In this document: positions 9,016-17,473 of the stretch, piece after piece
How positions within the stretch are numbered: position 1 is the stretch's first letter
Layout: each line of letters opens with the position of its first letter
NCBI GenBank assembly: GCA_905372785.1
Contig: CAJPQG010000002.1
Span: 57,166 to 121,165 of the forward strand
Direction of reading: 5' to 3'
Source: Candidatus Saccharimonadota bacterium
Lineage (GTDB): Bacteria; Patescibacteriota; Saccharimonadia; Saccharimonadales; Saccharimonadaceae
DNA: 64,000 bases
The notes under the pieces: model-generated
Databases searched by the model: none
Told to the model about the DNA's origin: nothing
The model's input: the letters and a program-made list of their open reading frames with translations, nothing else
Position numbers and translations under genes: made by a program

Positions 9016-9522
9016 CTACTGCGTATTATTGCGCTGATTTCGCTGGGCCCTGTGAAGTAGCTGAGAAGCCGCATCACAACCTTGAAGTGTAACATGCGAC
9101 GACGAGGACACAGAAGCCCCCGGTGTCTTCCTGCTAGAATTTTGCTTAGACCGTCGGCGATGTGGCTGTTTAGTCGCAGCTTCTTGAATACGCGAAGCCC
9201 GGCTAACAAAAGAAGCATGATGCCATGATGAACTAGCTGCACGGCTACTTTGTGACGACTGCCGCTTGCGCGCAGTATCTTGCTTCGGTGTATCCCGAGA
9301 CTGCTTCATGCGCTGAGCTCGAATAAGCCCTTCTCGATTACTGCGCGGGTCGGTCTCCACTGCCTTACCGGTAGCCTGTTTGGCCCCGGTATATCGGTCC
9401 ACAAAACCAGGTCGCAGCTCTTTCATGATAGCCTCCTTACGGGCGGCTGCACGCGAAGAAGAGCCACTGTTTGAAAAACCTGAATCATACTCACCACCTT
9501 TTTTTCGGTACATACCCACCAC
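9016..9522 (-). CDS. Hypothetical, highly basic Ser/Arg/Gln-rich protein, probably disordered
   Basis: It is the only long ORF in a 530-nt gap. There is no recognisable domain, and the coding status is uncertain. Confidence 0.3.
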   Translation of the reverse strand: MVGMYRKKGGEYDSGFSNSGSSSRAAARKEAIMKELRPGFVDRYTGAKQATGKAVETDPRSNREGLIRAQRMKQSRDTPKQDTARKRQSSQSSRAASSSWHHASFVSRASRIQEAATKQPHRRRSKQNSSRKTPGASVSSSSHVTLQGCDAASQLLHRAQRNQRNNTQ

Positions 9523-9547
9523 TGCCTTGTCGACAAGTGTCTACACG

Positions 9548-9967
9548 TTACTTACCGTGGTGCTCAGCTTCGTAGGCGTCCGCTTCAGCTTTTGTCTCGT
9601 GAACAACGCCGTGTGGATGCTCTGCCGGTGCGTAAATAGAATATAACTTCAGTGGCTCACTACCAACATTAATCACGTTATGCCACGTGCCAGCTGGCAC
9701 TAAAATAGCAAAATCATCAGCTGCGTCACGCACAAAATCAAGGTCATCCTCGCTTGGGCCCATCTCTACCCTAGCCTGACCCTGCTCAATGCGTAGGAAC
9801 TGGTCGTGATCTTCATGTACCTCCAGACCAATATCGTCACCTGGCTGAATGGTCATTAGTGTCATTTGCATATTCGCGCCAGTCCATGCCGCCTGCCTAA
9901 ATGAATCGTTCTGCAGCGTTAGTTCCTCAATATCAACCACATACGGGTTGGGTCCGAAATCTTTCAT
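9548..9967 (-). CDS. Cupin-domain protein
   Basis: Cupin motifs are present: GLEVHEDHDQFLRIEQGQARV and VPAGTWHNVINVG. A strong RBS (AAAGGAGGAAG) precedes the ATG. Confidence 0.75.
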   Translation of the reverse strand: MKDFGPNPYVVDIEELTLQNDSFRQAAWTGANMQMTLMTIQPGDDIGLEVHEDHDQFLRIEQGQARVEMGPSEDDLDFVRDAADDFAILVPAGTWHNVINVGSEPLKLYSIYAPAEHPHGVVHETKAEADAYEAEHHGK

Positions 9968-10084
9968 AGACTTCCTCCTTTAGCTATAAGATCATTACAT
10001 CACTTTTATTATAGCACATTTACTAGGGTAAAAAACTACTTGCGCAGCAGCCAACCTCTGTGCTATAGTTCTAATTAGTGTTAC

Positions 10085-10160
10085 GCGGGCGTCGTATAAT
10101 GGCTTAATATACCTGCCTTCCAAGCAAGTGATGAGAGTTCGATTCTCTCCGCCCGCACCA
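10085..10160 (+). tRNA. tRNA-Gly (anticodon TCC), CCA encoded
   Basis: The sequence reads gcgggcgtcgtataatggc..cctgcCTTCCAAgcaag..GTTCGATTC..cgcccgcACCA. Confidence 0.9.
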
Positions 10161-10177
10161 CAGAATGACTACGACAA

Positions 10178-10203
10178 AACCTCTTATATAAAAGAGGTTT
10201 TTT
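10178..10203 (+). terminator. Rho-independent terminator after tRNA-Gly
   Basis: The hairpin is aacctctt/atata/aagaggtt, followed by TTTTT. Confidence 0.55.
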
Positions 10204-10268
10204 CTTATATACTGAACGCGTAGCACGCCTCTTCCGTGCTCTGTGGCGATTTGCTATACTACCATCAA

Positions 10269-10344
10269 GCCCCGGTAGCTCAGTGGATAGAGCAAGAGAC
10301 TTCTAAGCTTTTGGCCGTAGGTTCGATCCCTACCCGGGGTACCA
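10269..10344 (+). tRNA. tRNA-Arg (anticodon TCT), CCA encoded
   Basis: The sequence reads gccccggtagctcagtggatagagc..agagaCTTCTAAgcttt..GGTTCGATCC..ccggggtACCA. Confidence 0.9.
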
Positions 10345-10373
10345 AACTAGAATAACTATTATTTTATATCACT

Positions 10374-11123
10374 ATGTCATTTTTTAACTCATCGTCACAA
10401 AACTCATCTCGTAGCGGGCTGCCTATTTGGATCGTGCTACTGCTCGTCGCTATTGGCCTCCTCTTTATTGGCGGCCTGGTTGCACTCTTTTATGCCGCAG
10501 GGCTTTTTGGTGACAATAAGTTTATGCCCGGGCAACAGCAAGAATCAACCACCAAGCAAGAGGCTATTGTACAGCGTGGTTCATTTACCTCTGAAAAATA
10601 TAATTTTACCCTCAATATGCCAGGACAGCCATCTGAAAGTAATAGCCCGCGCATCCACCGAGATACAAAAAATAAGGGCGAGCTCGTGCCAGCCCATTAC
10701 TATACTATTAGCCAGCCAACGAAGTTTTATGAAATTAACGTCATTCCATTGCCACCAGAAAATATTCGCACCGACCACCAAGAAAGCACCTATTTGCACG
10801 ATGCTTCATTGCAAACTGCACAAGACCTCGACGCAGAGCTAATCAGCACAAGCCAACTCGATACCTTCCATAATTCACCAAGTGTGCGCGCAACCATTAA
10901 CCGCTACAAGGCAGATTGCACCGAACAGCCAAAAAATAAATGCCCTGTTGGTATGTATTTCGTATCGCGTGCATTCATTAGTGATAATTCTATTTACCAA
11001 ATCATCGCCGGAGCAGATGATAAAGCGGCTGCTGAGAACAACCTAAAAGATATGGAACAGAGCTTCCGTTTCCTAAAGGATATCGTGCGCGAGTCAAACT
11101 CAAATAAATCGAATAAAAAGTAG
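10374..11123 (+). CDS. Hypothetical protein with a single N-terminal TM anchor
   Basis: The hydrophobic helix is LPIWIVLLLVAIGLLFIGGLVALFYAAGLF, followed by a soluble domain with no motif I recognise. Confidence 0.55.
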   Translation: MSFFNSSSQNSSRSGLPIWIVLLLVAIGLLFIGGLVALFYAAGLFGDNKFMPGQQQESTTKQEAIVQRGSFTSEKYNFTLNMPGQPSESNSPRIHRDTKNKGELVPAHYYTISQPTKFYEINVIPLPPENIRTDHQESTYLHDASLQTAQDLDAELISTSQLDTFHNSPSVRATINRYKADCTEQPKNKCPVGMYFVSRAFISDNSIYQIIAGADDKAAAENNLKDMEQSFRFLKDIVRESNSNKSNKK

Positions 11124-11130
11124 GTTTTGG

Positions 11131-13542
11131 CTATATACCTAGCTGACTCGCGACATCATTTTTTGTGATATGGAGCGTTTGCCCGGCCGTCAATTCACCT
11201 GCAAGCATTTTACGCGCTACCAAATTTTCTACCGCACGCTGCACAATGCGGCGCATTGGACGAGCGCCCAATTGAGGATCATACCCAGCATCTACCAGAA
11301 GCTGCTTAGCGGCTTCCTCTACTTCAATCGCCACCTTTTGTGACGCCAGTGTGCGATTTACTCCTGCAATAATCAAATCTATTATCTGCAGCAGATCATC
11401 CTTCTGGAGCGGCTCGAACAGTACAATTTCATCGAAACGGTTTAGGAATTCTGGCTTAAACTGGCCAGTTGTAATTAGCTGATTTACCAGCTGCTCCTCA
11501 AACTGCGAAATATTGCCAGCTTGCGCGGCACGCTCGCGGATATAGTCTGCGCCGGCATTTGATGTTGCAATAATAATCGCATCACGAAAACTCACCGCTG
11601 CATTATTGATATCACGCAAAATGCCTTCATCAAGCACCTGAAGTAGCGTTGTTAGCACAAGCGGGTGAGCTTTTTCAATTTCATCTAACAGCACAACACT
11701 AAATGGCTGTTTGCTAATTTGTGCAGCCAGGCTGCCTGGATCGTGAGCAGCATCAGCAATCAACCGGCTCACATCAGCTTCTTGAACATATTCGTTAAGG
11801 TCGATGCGCACCATGTGCTGTTCACCAGAGAAATACGTCTCAGCAAGCGCTTTGCTCAGCTCTGTTTTACCCACACCGGTAGGACCCAAGAATAGGAAGG
11901 TACCGATTGGGCGGTTTTCATTACGCACACCAGCCTGTGCTCGCCGCAGTGCATCACTTACCACCGAGACCGCCCGATCTTGGCCAACCATTCGCTGATG
12001 AAGTAGCGACTCTAGGTCTAGTAGCTTTTGCCGCTCATTGGTGCGCTGTGCATCGCCAACCTTAACGCCAAGTGTCTGCTCGATAGCCTGCTGCACCGAC
12101 CCGCGTGTCACGAGCCCTTGTTCTGGAAAGCCAGCCGCTGACTCCAGCAGTTGCAGCGCCTGACCCGGCATACTGCTATTCTGCATATAACGCTGGCTCA
12201 ATCGATAGACTTCCTGTAGCGCCTGATAGGTGTATTGTACACCCCGACGGTATTCGTGCAAGAGCAGTTGATCCTCTAGAATACGCATTGTTTGATGCTT
12301 GTCTGTCGCTGGCACCGTGATTCGGTTAAGCGCGGCGATAATTCCTGGTCGAGATTGAGCAATTTGCAATAGTCGCTGCTCATCCATCGTCAAAATCATT
12401 CGCAATCGGCCAGCCTCTAAAATTGGCAGCAATATCGTTGCGATGTCAACCGAACCCGCTCCCTCTTCAAAGAATAGCTCTGCATTCTCAAGCAAAACGA
12501 TAATATTTTTAGCACTATACGCTTCAACAAGCACTTGATTCACCAGTGCCTCAAGTTCACCACGATTTGGCGCAACCGAAATAATCGCTGCCGCATCTAG
12601 CGAAATCACCTGGTGATACTGCAAATGTGCAGGCAACCGGCTGCGTCCGTCCATCAGCTGCTGTGCAAACATACGCACAATAGTAGACTTTCCGACACCC
12701 CTGCTACCGACTAGCGTCACGTTCTGGCGACCACGAGCCGCAAAAACATCAATCATTCGCTCGACAATTTCTTGCTGAACCGGCACCTCAACGCCAACCT
12801 GGCCGCTACCAACTTGCTGGCTAATATTACTACTTAGCCGCTGCAGCAGCGGGGTAAACCCAAACGCTAAATCACGGGCAAGCCCACCATCACGGCGTGG
12901 CTGCTGCTGACGCCGCACACTTTCTTGGAACTCATGGTACCACCGCGCACCCTCTAGTACATCAGCTTCATCCAGATGTAACTGCGCCAATATCTCTTCT
13001 TTATACGGAAATGCCGCAATAATACTCGCGATAAGCATAGCACTACTAATCTCAGGCTCGCCCAGACTCTGTTGCAAAGCTGTAGCATAACTAAGTACTG
13101 CTTCAATCGTAACCTGAGGGTTGTTTGCCATACTGGCAACACTAGTCGGCGCAAGCCCTAGGCGGGCACCCATAAAACCAGCAGCCCTAGTTCGTGTAGT
13201 CGCCTCAGCTAGTGCAGCAACTGTCACCGGCTCACCTGGTTTCAGCCTACCAAGTACTTCAGCCGCCAGCACTGCATCAACACTAGCCGCTTTGTTAGGG
13301 CTACTTGGCGGAAGTGTAAGTAAATACTGTGAGCGCCAAATGATCACCATGCAAGAAATACTCGCACTGCCTAAAAGTAGCCAACCAATAGATTGCCCTT
13401 CCAGCAGCAGTAGTACGCCGAGCACCCCTAATAATATCCCGATTAGCCAGCACGTAGCTAGTCGCCAACCGCTCAAAGTTCTGCCAAGCCGAGCTAGTTT
13501 AGCCCGACGACCCGTAACATCAATCTCTAGCCGCATCACCAT
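11131..13542 (-). CDS. Clp/Hsp100-family double AAA+ ATPase with two predicted N-terminal TM helices
   Basis: The D2 module is canonical: FLFLGPTGVGKTELSKALA, VVLLDEIEKAHP, and the C-terminal GARPMRRIVQ small domain. D1 has Walker A (GSRGVGKST), but its Walker B reads IIVLLEN. The N-terminus (ATCWLIGILLGVLGVLLLL / IGWLLLGSASISCMVIIW) is hydrophobic. I placed the start at the ATG-GTG-ATG that overlaps the TGA of the upstream ORF. The longer ORF-track start at 13650 is unlikely. Confidence 0.8.
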   Translation of the reverse strand: MVMRLEIDVTGRRAKLARLGRTLSGWRLATCWLIGILLGVLGVLLLLEGQSIGWLLLGSASISCMVIIWRSQYLLTLPPSSPNKAASVDAVLAAEVLGRLKPGEPVTVAALAEATTRTRAAGFMGARLGLAPTSVASMANNPQVTIEAVLSYATALQQSLGEPEISSAMLIASIIAAFPYKEEILAQLHLDEADVLEGARWYHEFQESVRRQQQPRRDGGLARDLAFGFTPLLQRLSSNISQQVGSGQVGVEVPVQQEIVERMIDVFAARGRQNVTLVGSRGVGKSTIVRMFAQQLMDGRSRLPAHLQYHQVISLDAAAIISVAPNRGELEALVNQVLVEAYSAKNIIVLLENAELFFEEGAGSVDIATILLPILEAGRLRMILTMDEQRLLQIAQSRPGIIAALNRITVPATDKHQTMRILEDQLLLHEYRRGVQYTYQALQEVYRLSQRYMQNSSMPGQALQLLESAAGFPEQGLVTRGSVQQAIEQTLGVKVGDAQRTNERQKLLDLESLLHQRMVGQDRAVSVVSDALRRAQAGVRNENRPIGTFLFLGPTGVGKTELSKALAETYFSGEQHMVRIDLNEYVQEADVSRLIADAAHDPGSLAAQISKQPFSVVLLDEIEKAHPLVLTTLLQVLDEGILRDINNAAVSFRDAIIIATSNAGADYIRERAAQAGNISQFEEQLVNQLITTGQFKPEFLNRFDEIVLFEPLQKDDLLQIIDLIIAGVNRTLASQKVAIEVEEAAKQLLVDAGYDPQLGARPMRRIVQRAVENLVARKMLAGELTAGQTLHITKNDVASQLGI

Positions 13543-13922
13543 ATACGTGCCCCCTGCATCCAGGCAATTCCACCGGCGACTGGTGCTAGTGGTAGCAGCA
13601 GCCAGCCAATAAGCCAGACCACAACAAACAATACCATGCCAGCCAAACACACCGTGCCGACGATTAACAATAGTAGCCGCACCACAAAACCAATACCCCG
13701 CGAGAACAGCCGATCGGTGAATGCTTGCAGCTGCAGCGGTAAACTACCCTGCACCGAACCAGCTGAGATTTGTTTATATGGTGCAAATAAGGTTCGCAAT
13801 ATCAGTGTAAATGAAAAGAAATCGATAACACCAGCTAGCCGCGACCCTTGTCGCCGCACCTGCTCCGTAAGTCCCCTGGTATACCACCATGACAGAATAG
13901 CAACTATATACATAAGCATCAT
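13536..13922 (-). CDS. Small membrane protein, translationally coupled to the Clp-like ATPase
   Basis: It is 128 aa with 2-3 hydrophobic helices. Its stop codon overlaps the ATPase start (ATGGTGATG). Confidence 0.5.
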   Translation of the reverse strand: MMLMYIVAILSWWYTRGLTEQVRRQGSRLAGVIDFFSFTLILRTLFAPYKQISAGSVQGSLPLQLQAFTDRLFSRGIGFVVRLLLLIVGTVCLAGMVLFVVVWLIGWLLLPLAPVAGGIAWMQGARIW

Positions 13923-14002
13923 TTTACCAAAAAACCACCGGTGAAGCTACGCTATTGTATGTTTTTACACCACTTTTTGTGAATTCTTGCTATACTATAA
14001 AA

Positions 14003-15292
14003 ATGCAACACACTCTACCTATCTTGATTGGCAAACTAGTTAAACGTATCAGTGGCTGGCGCGGTGGAGGCTCAGCGCTGCCAGGGCTTGTTATTGAAAA
14101 ACTTGACCCTCAGCTGCTACCAAAAGCCCTCGAGCAGCTGCCGCACGGCGTCGTCGTTATTTCTGGAACGAATGGCAAAACAACCACTACAAAAATGGTG
14201 GTCGAACTGCTTGAATCACAAGGGCTGCGCGTATTTACCAACCGCACGGGAAGTAACTTTGTGCGTGGTGTCATTGCGGCACTTTTACCCGAATTATCAC
14301 TTACCGGCAAACTATCAGCTGATATCGCCGTACTGGAGCTAGACGAAGCCCATGCGGTTCACTTTGTGCGACAAGTTCGTCCGGCGCATTCCCTGCTGCT
14401 CAACGTTATGCGCGACCAGCTAGACCGCTTTGGTGAAATTGACTACACCGCATCACTTCTGCAAAAAATTGCTAATGCTACCACAAAAACGCTAACCGTC
14501 AACCGAGAAGATAGTCGCATACGGGCCATTGGTGAGCTAGCGCAAAGCGAACGAGCAGGATTAGTAGCCGCCTTTTATGGTCTATCTGATGAGACCCGTG
14601 CCCTCTTCCCAGAAGATGACGCTATGACACACGCAGCCGCGGTAGACAGCAGCAACCTACCTACAGCGATTGTTACACTTGACTCGCTTGACAACGCCAC
14701 CCACACCGGTACCTTCTCGGTAGCCGGCCACACCGTCACTACACCACTCGCTTTGCGTGGTATTTACAACACCTTCAACGCTGCTGCCGCGCTTGCCCTA
14801 GTTGTGCAAATTTGTGGCGACCAGCTCAAAGTGCAACCACTCATTGATACACTAGCCCATATCCAGCCTGCCTTCGGCCGAGGTGAATCACTTACCATAA
14901 ACGGAGCCCCGCTCGAGCTCGTGCTCGTAAAAAACCCGAGTGGGTTCCGCCTTGGGCTCTCATCGTTTGACGCAGCCGGCACCAGCACCATGATCGCTAT
15001 CAACGACAATTATGCCGATGGACGCGACATGAGTTGGTTATGGGACGTACCGTTCGACAGTCTACGAGAAAATGGCGTAGCAATGATAAGCGGCCGCCGA
15101 GCATACGATATGGCGCTACGCCTCGACTACGACGAAGTGCCGTTCACTGCCGTTGAGCCAGATTTAGCCAAGGCACTACAAACATTCCTTGCAAGTTCGG
15201 TTGGGCCAAAGCGCATCTATTGCACCTATACTGCCATGCTTACCCTGCGCAAACAACTAGCCCAGATTACTAACGTGGAGACTATCTCATGA
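14003..15292 (+). CDS. murT: Lipid II isoglutaminyl synthase subunit MurT (Mur-ligase family)
   Basis: The motifs VVVISGTNGKTTTTKMV and NRTGSNFVRG are present, along with a C-terminal DUF1727-like region. It is followed by gatD with an ATGA overlap. The ATG at 14003 is preferred over the TTG at 13955. Confidence 0.85.
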   Translation: MQHTLPILIGKLVKRISGWRGGGSALPGLVIEKLDPQLLPKALEQLPHGVVVISGTNGKTTTTKMVVELLESQGLRVFTNRTGSNFVRGVIAALLPELSLTGKLSADIAVLELDEAHAVHFVRQVRPAHSLLLNVMRDQLDRFGEIDYTASLLQKIANATTKTLTVNREDSRIRAIGELAQSERAGLVAAFYGLSDETRALFPEDDAMTHAAAVDSSNLPTAIVTLDSLDNATHTGTFSVAGHTVTTPLALRGIYNTFNAAAALALVVQICGDQLKVQPLIDTLAHIQPAFGRGESLTINGAPLELVLVKNPSGFRLGLSSFDAAGTSTMIAINDNYADGRDMSWLWDVPFDSLRENGVAMISGRRAYDMALRLDYDEVPFTAVEPDLAKALQTFLASSVGPKRIYCTYTAMLTLRKQLAQITNVETIS

Positions 15293-16008
15293 CAAAATCA
15301 CTCACTATTATGCAGCTATACCCCAAAGATATGAATATCTACGGCGACTGGGGCAATACACTAACCCTCAAACGACGTGCCGAACGATACGGATACAATG
15401 TAGAGGTTATCGACTATAACCCTGGCGACACACTGCCAAGTACTATTGATATTATTGTTGGTGGCGGTGGCCAAGATTCTGGACAAAAGCGAATTGAAAA
15501 AGATCTGCAAGCTATTGCACCTCAATTGCACAGCCTCGCAGAAGACGGCGTTCCAATGCTAATGGTGTGCGGCCTGTACCAACTATTTGGGCACGACTTC
15601 ACTACAGCTACCGGTGAAACCATTCCTGGTATTGGCCTTATCGATGCACACACCGTTGCCGGAGACCAACGTCTTGTGGGTAATATCGTGACTAAAAGTG
15701 ACCAATTTGGCGAAATTATTGGCTATGAAAACCACAGTGGACAAACAACCCTCGGGCCACAAGCAACGCCACTCGGTGCCGTTATTAAAGGCTCTGGCAA
15801 CAACACCGAAGATAGCACTGAAGGTGCTATTACACATAATGTTATTGGCACCTACTTGCACGGTTCACTGCTACCTAAAAACCCGGCTATTGCCGACTTC
15901 TTGATTCAACAAGCAGCTCTTCATAAATATGGTGAGTTTACTGGTGATCCACTCGACGACACGTTAGCCGACAAGGCAAGAAACGTAGCGCGAGACTGCG
16001 AGGTATAA
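15289..16008 (+). CDS. gatD: Glutamine amidotransferase GatD (CobQ/CobB-type GATase partner of MurT)
   Basis: Motifs present are LYPKDMNIYGDWGN, the nucleophile Cys in MLMVCGLYQLFG, and GTYLHGSLLPKNP. Confidence 0.85.
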   Translation: MTKSLTIMQLYPKDMNIYGDWGNTLTLKRRAERYGYNVEVIDYNPGDTLPSTIDIIVGGGGQDSGQKRIEKDLQAIAPQLHSLAEDGVPMLMVCGLYQLFGHDFTTATGETIPGIGLIDAHTVAGDQRLVGNIVTKSDQFGEIIGYENHSGQTTLGPQATPLGAVIKGSGNNTEDSTEGAITHNVIGTYLHGSLLPKNPAIADFLIQQAALHKYGEFTGDPLDDTLADKARNVARDCEV

Positions 16009-16014
16009 TTCACT

Positions 16015-17190
16015 GTGCCTGCCGCCCTCTCCTCCCTGTTATTAGCTGCGCGACGCTGGCGACCTGTTGATGTTATCATTGCCAAAGCCAGCCATCGGCC
16101 CGACCGTATCATTGAATTTGACCTATTACGTGGCATTTTTATGGTGATGATTATTATTGATCACCTGCAGTTTTGGCCCAATATCTTCCGTTATGCTACC
16201 GGTGAAGGCCGTCTGTGGGTGACCGCAGCTGAAGGCTTTTTCATCATTTCTGGGCTGCTTATTGGCTATATTCGCGCCTACAAAGGGCAAAAGTACTCTT
16301 TGAAACACCTCACCAAACTACTGTTAAAACGTGCTGGTATGCTATACCTGTGGGGTATGATTATCACTGTTATATTAACGGTGCCATTGGTACTTCTGCC
16401 ACCGCATGACATTTTTCCACGTCTGCCAGCACCAAGTCCGCTCATTAATCCACTGGCCTACATCTGGAATGTTCTAACTATGCAAGATTTTAACCCATGG
16501 ATTTACTTCCTGCGCATGTACGCTATCATGCTCGTATTTTCTCCGATTTTCCTGTGGTTGGTGCGAAAAAAACAGTGGATTATCATCGCTACCGGTATCG
16601 CCGTGCTCTACCTGATCGGCTGGAAGATTAATGAACCTGCTTTTTTGTGGAGCCCACTATTCTTTGGAGCAGCAATAATTGGTTTCTTCCTGCGGCCGCT
16701 CATCACCTTCTTGCAAAAACATACCGTAGTGCGCCGCGTATCAGCTATCAGCATAGTACTTATTACTGCGCTCAGTATGCTGCTCAGCTTCTTCTTTGTG
16801 CACGGCTGGGATAAGGTAGAAAACCCAGACTGGACGCTCATGGACCGCGACACCTATGTGGCAATTCGCACCCACATAGACCCTATCTTTACTAATGATC
16901 CCCTCACTATCCAAACGATCATCCTAGCTTTCATCTGGTTTGGTGGACTATTTACTGTATTCCATTACCTGCGCAAACCGCTCGCCGCACTGCTGGGCTG
17001 GCTACTTCTCTCGTTTGGCCAGCGTTCGCTGACAGCTTATTGCATCCATGGCATTGTACTCATCTCTATCGTAGCGTTCATTCAGCCATCAACAAATATA
17101 CTGATCAATAGTGCCATTGCCGCCAGTGTCGTACTTATTGTGTGGGCACTAATCAATGTCCCATTGGTGCAAAAAATTCTGCCACGGTAA
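16015..17190 (+). CDS. Polytopic membrane acyltransferase-family protein (OpgC / acyltransferase_3-like)
   Basis: It has about 10 TM helices and the N-terminal FDLLRGIFMVMIIIDH motif characteristic of this superfamily. It starts at a GTG 6 nt after the gatD stop. Confidence 0.55.
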   Translation: MPAALSSLLLAARRWRPVDVIIAKASHRPDRIIEFDLLRGIFMVMIIIDHLQFWPNIFRYATGEGRLWVTAAEGFFIISGLLIGYIRAYKGQKYSLKHLTKLLLKRAGMLYLWGMIITVILTVPLVLLPPHDIFPRLPAPSPLINPLAYIWNVLTMQDFNPWIYFLRMYAIMLVFSPIFLWLVRKKQWIIIATGIAVLYLIGWKINEPAFLWSPLFFGAAIIGFFLRPLITFLQKHTVVRRVSAISIVLITALSMLLSFFFVHGWDKVENPDWTLMDRDTYVAIRTHIDPIFTNDPLTIQTIILAFIWFGGLFTVFHYLRKPLAALLGWLLLSFGQRSLTAYCIHGIVLISIVAFIQPSTNILINSAIAASVVLIVWALINVPLVQKILPR

Positions 17191-17257
17191 TACCACTGAA
17201 AAAGTATAAAAAAGACTAGACTTTTTGCCCTACCCCTGATATCATAAGTGTATCCAT

Positions 17258-17334
17258 CGGGGTGTGGCGCAGTTGGCTAGCGCGCGCGGTTTGGGACCGT
17301 GAGGTCGAAGGTTCGAGTCCTTTCACCCCGACCA
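17258..17334 (+). tRNA. tRNA-Pro (anticodon TGG), CCA encoded
   Basis: The sequence reads cggggtgtggcgcagttggctagcgc..cgcggTTTGGGAccgtg..GGTTCGAGTCC..caccccgACCA. Confidence 0.9.
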
Positions 17335-17347
17335 TTTGTATACAAAT

Positions 17348-17370
17348 CCACCGTTCTTGCGGTGGTTTTA
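17348..17370 (+). terminator. Rho-independent terminator after tRNA-Pro
   Basis: The hairpin is ccaccg/ttcttg/cggtgg, followed by TTTTA. Confidence 0.5.
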
Positions 17371-17473
17371 TATTTTTACACTCGTATTTGCAGCTATGCA
17401 CTTCCTTCTAATATAACACCTCCCGCCACCATTGCGTAGTAGCGGGAGTTTATTATGTCACACTAATTTACCT

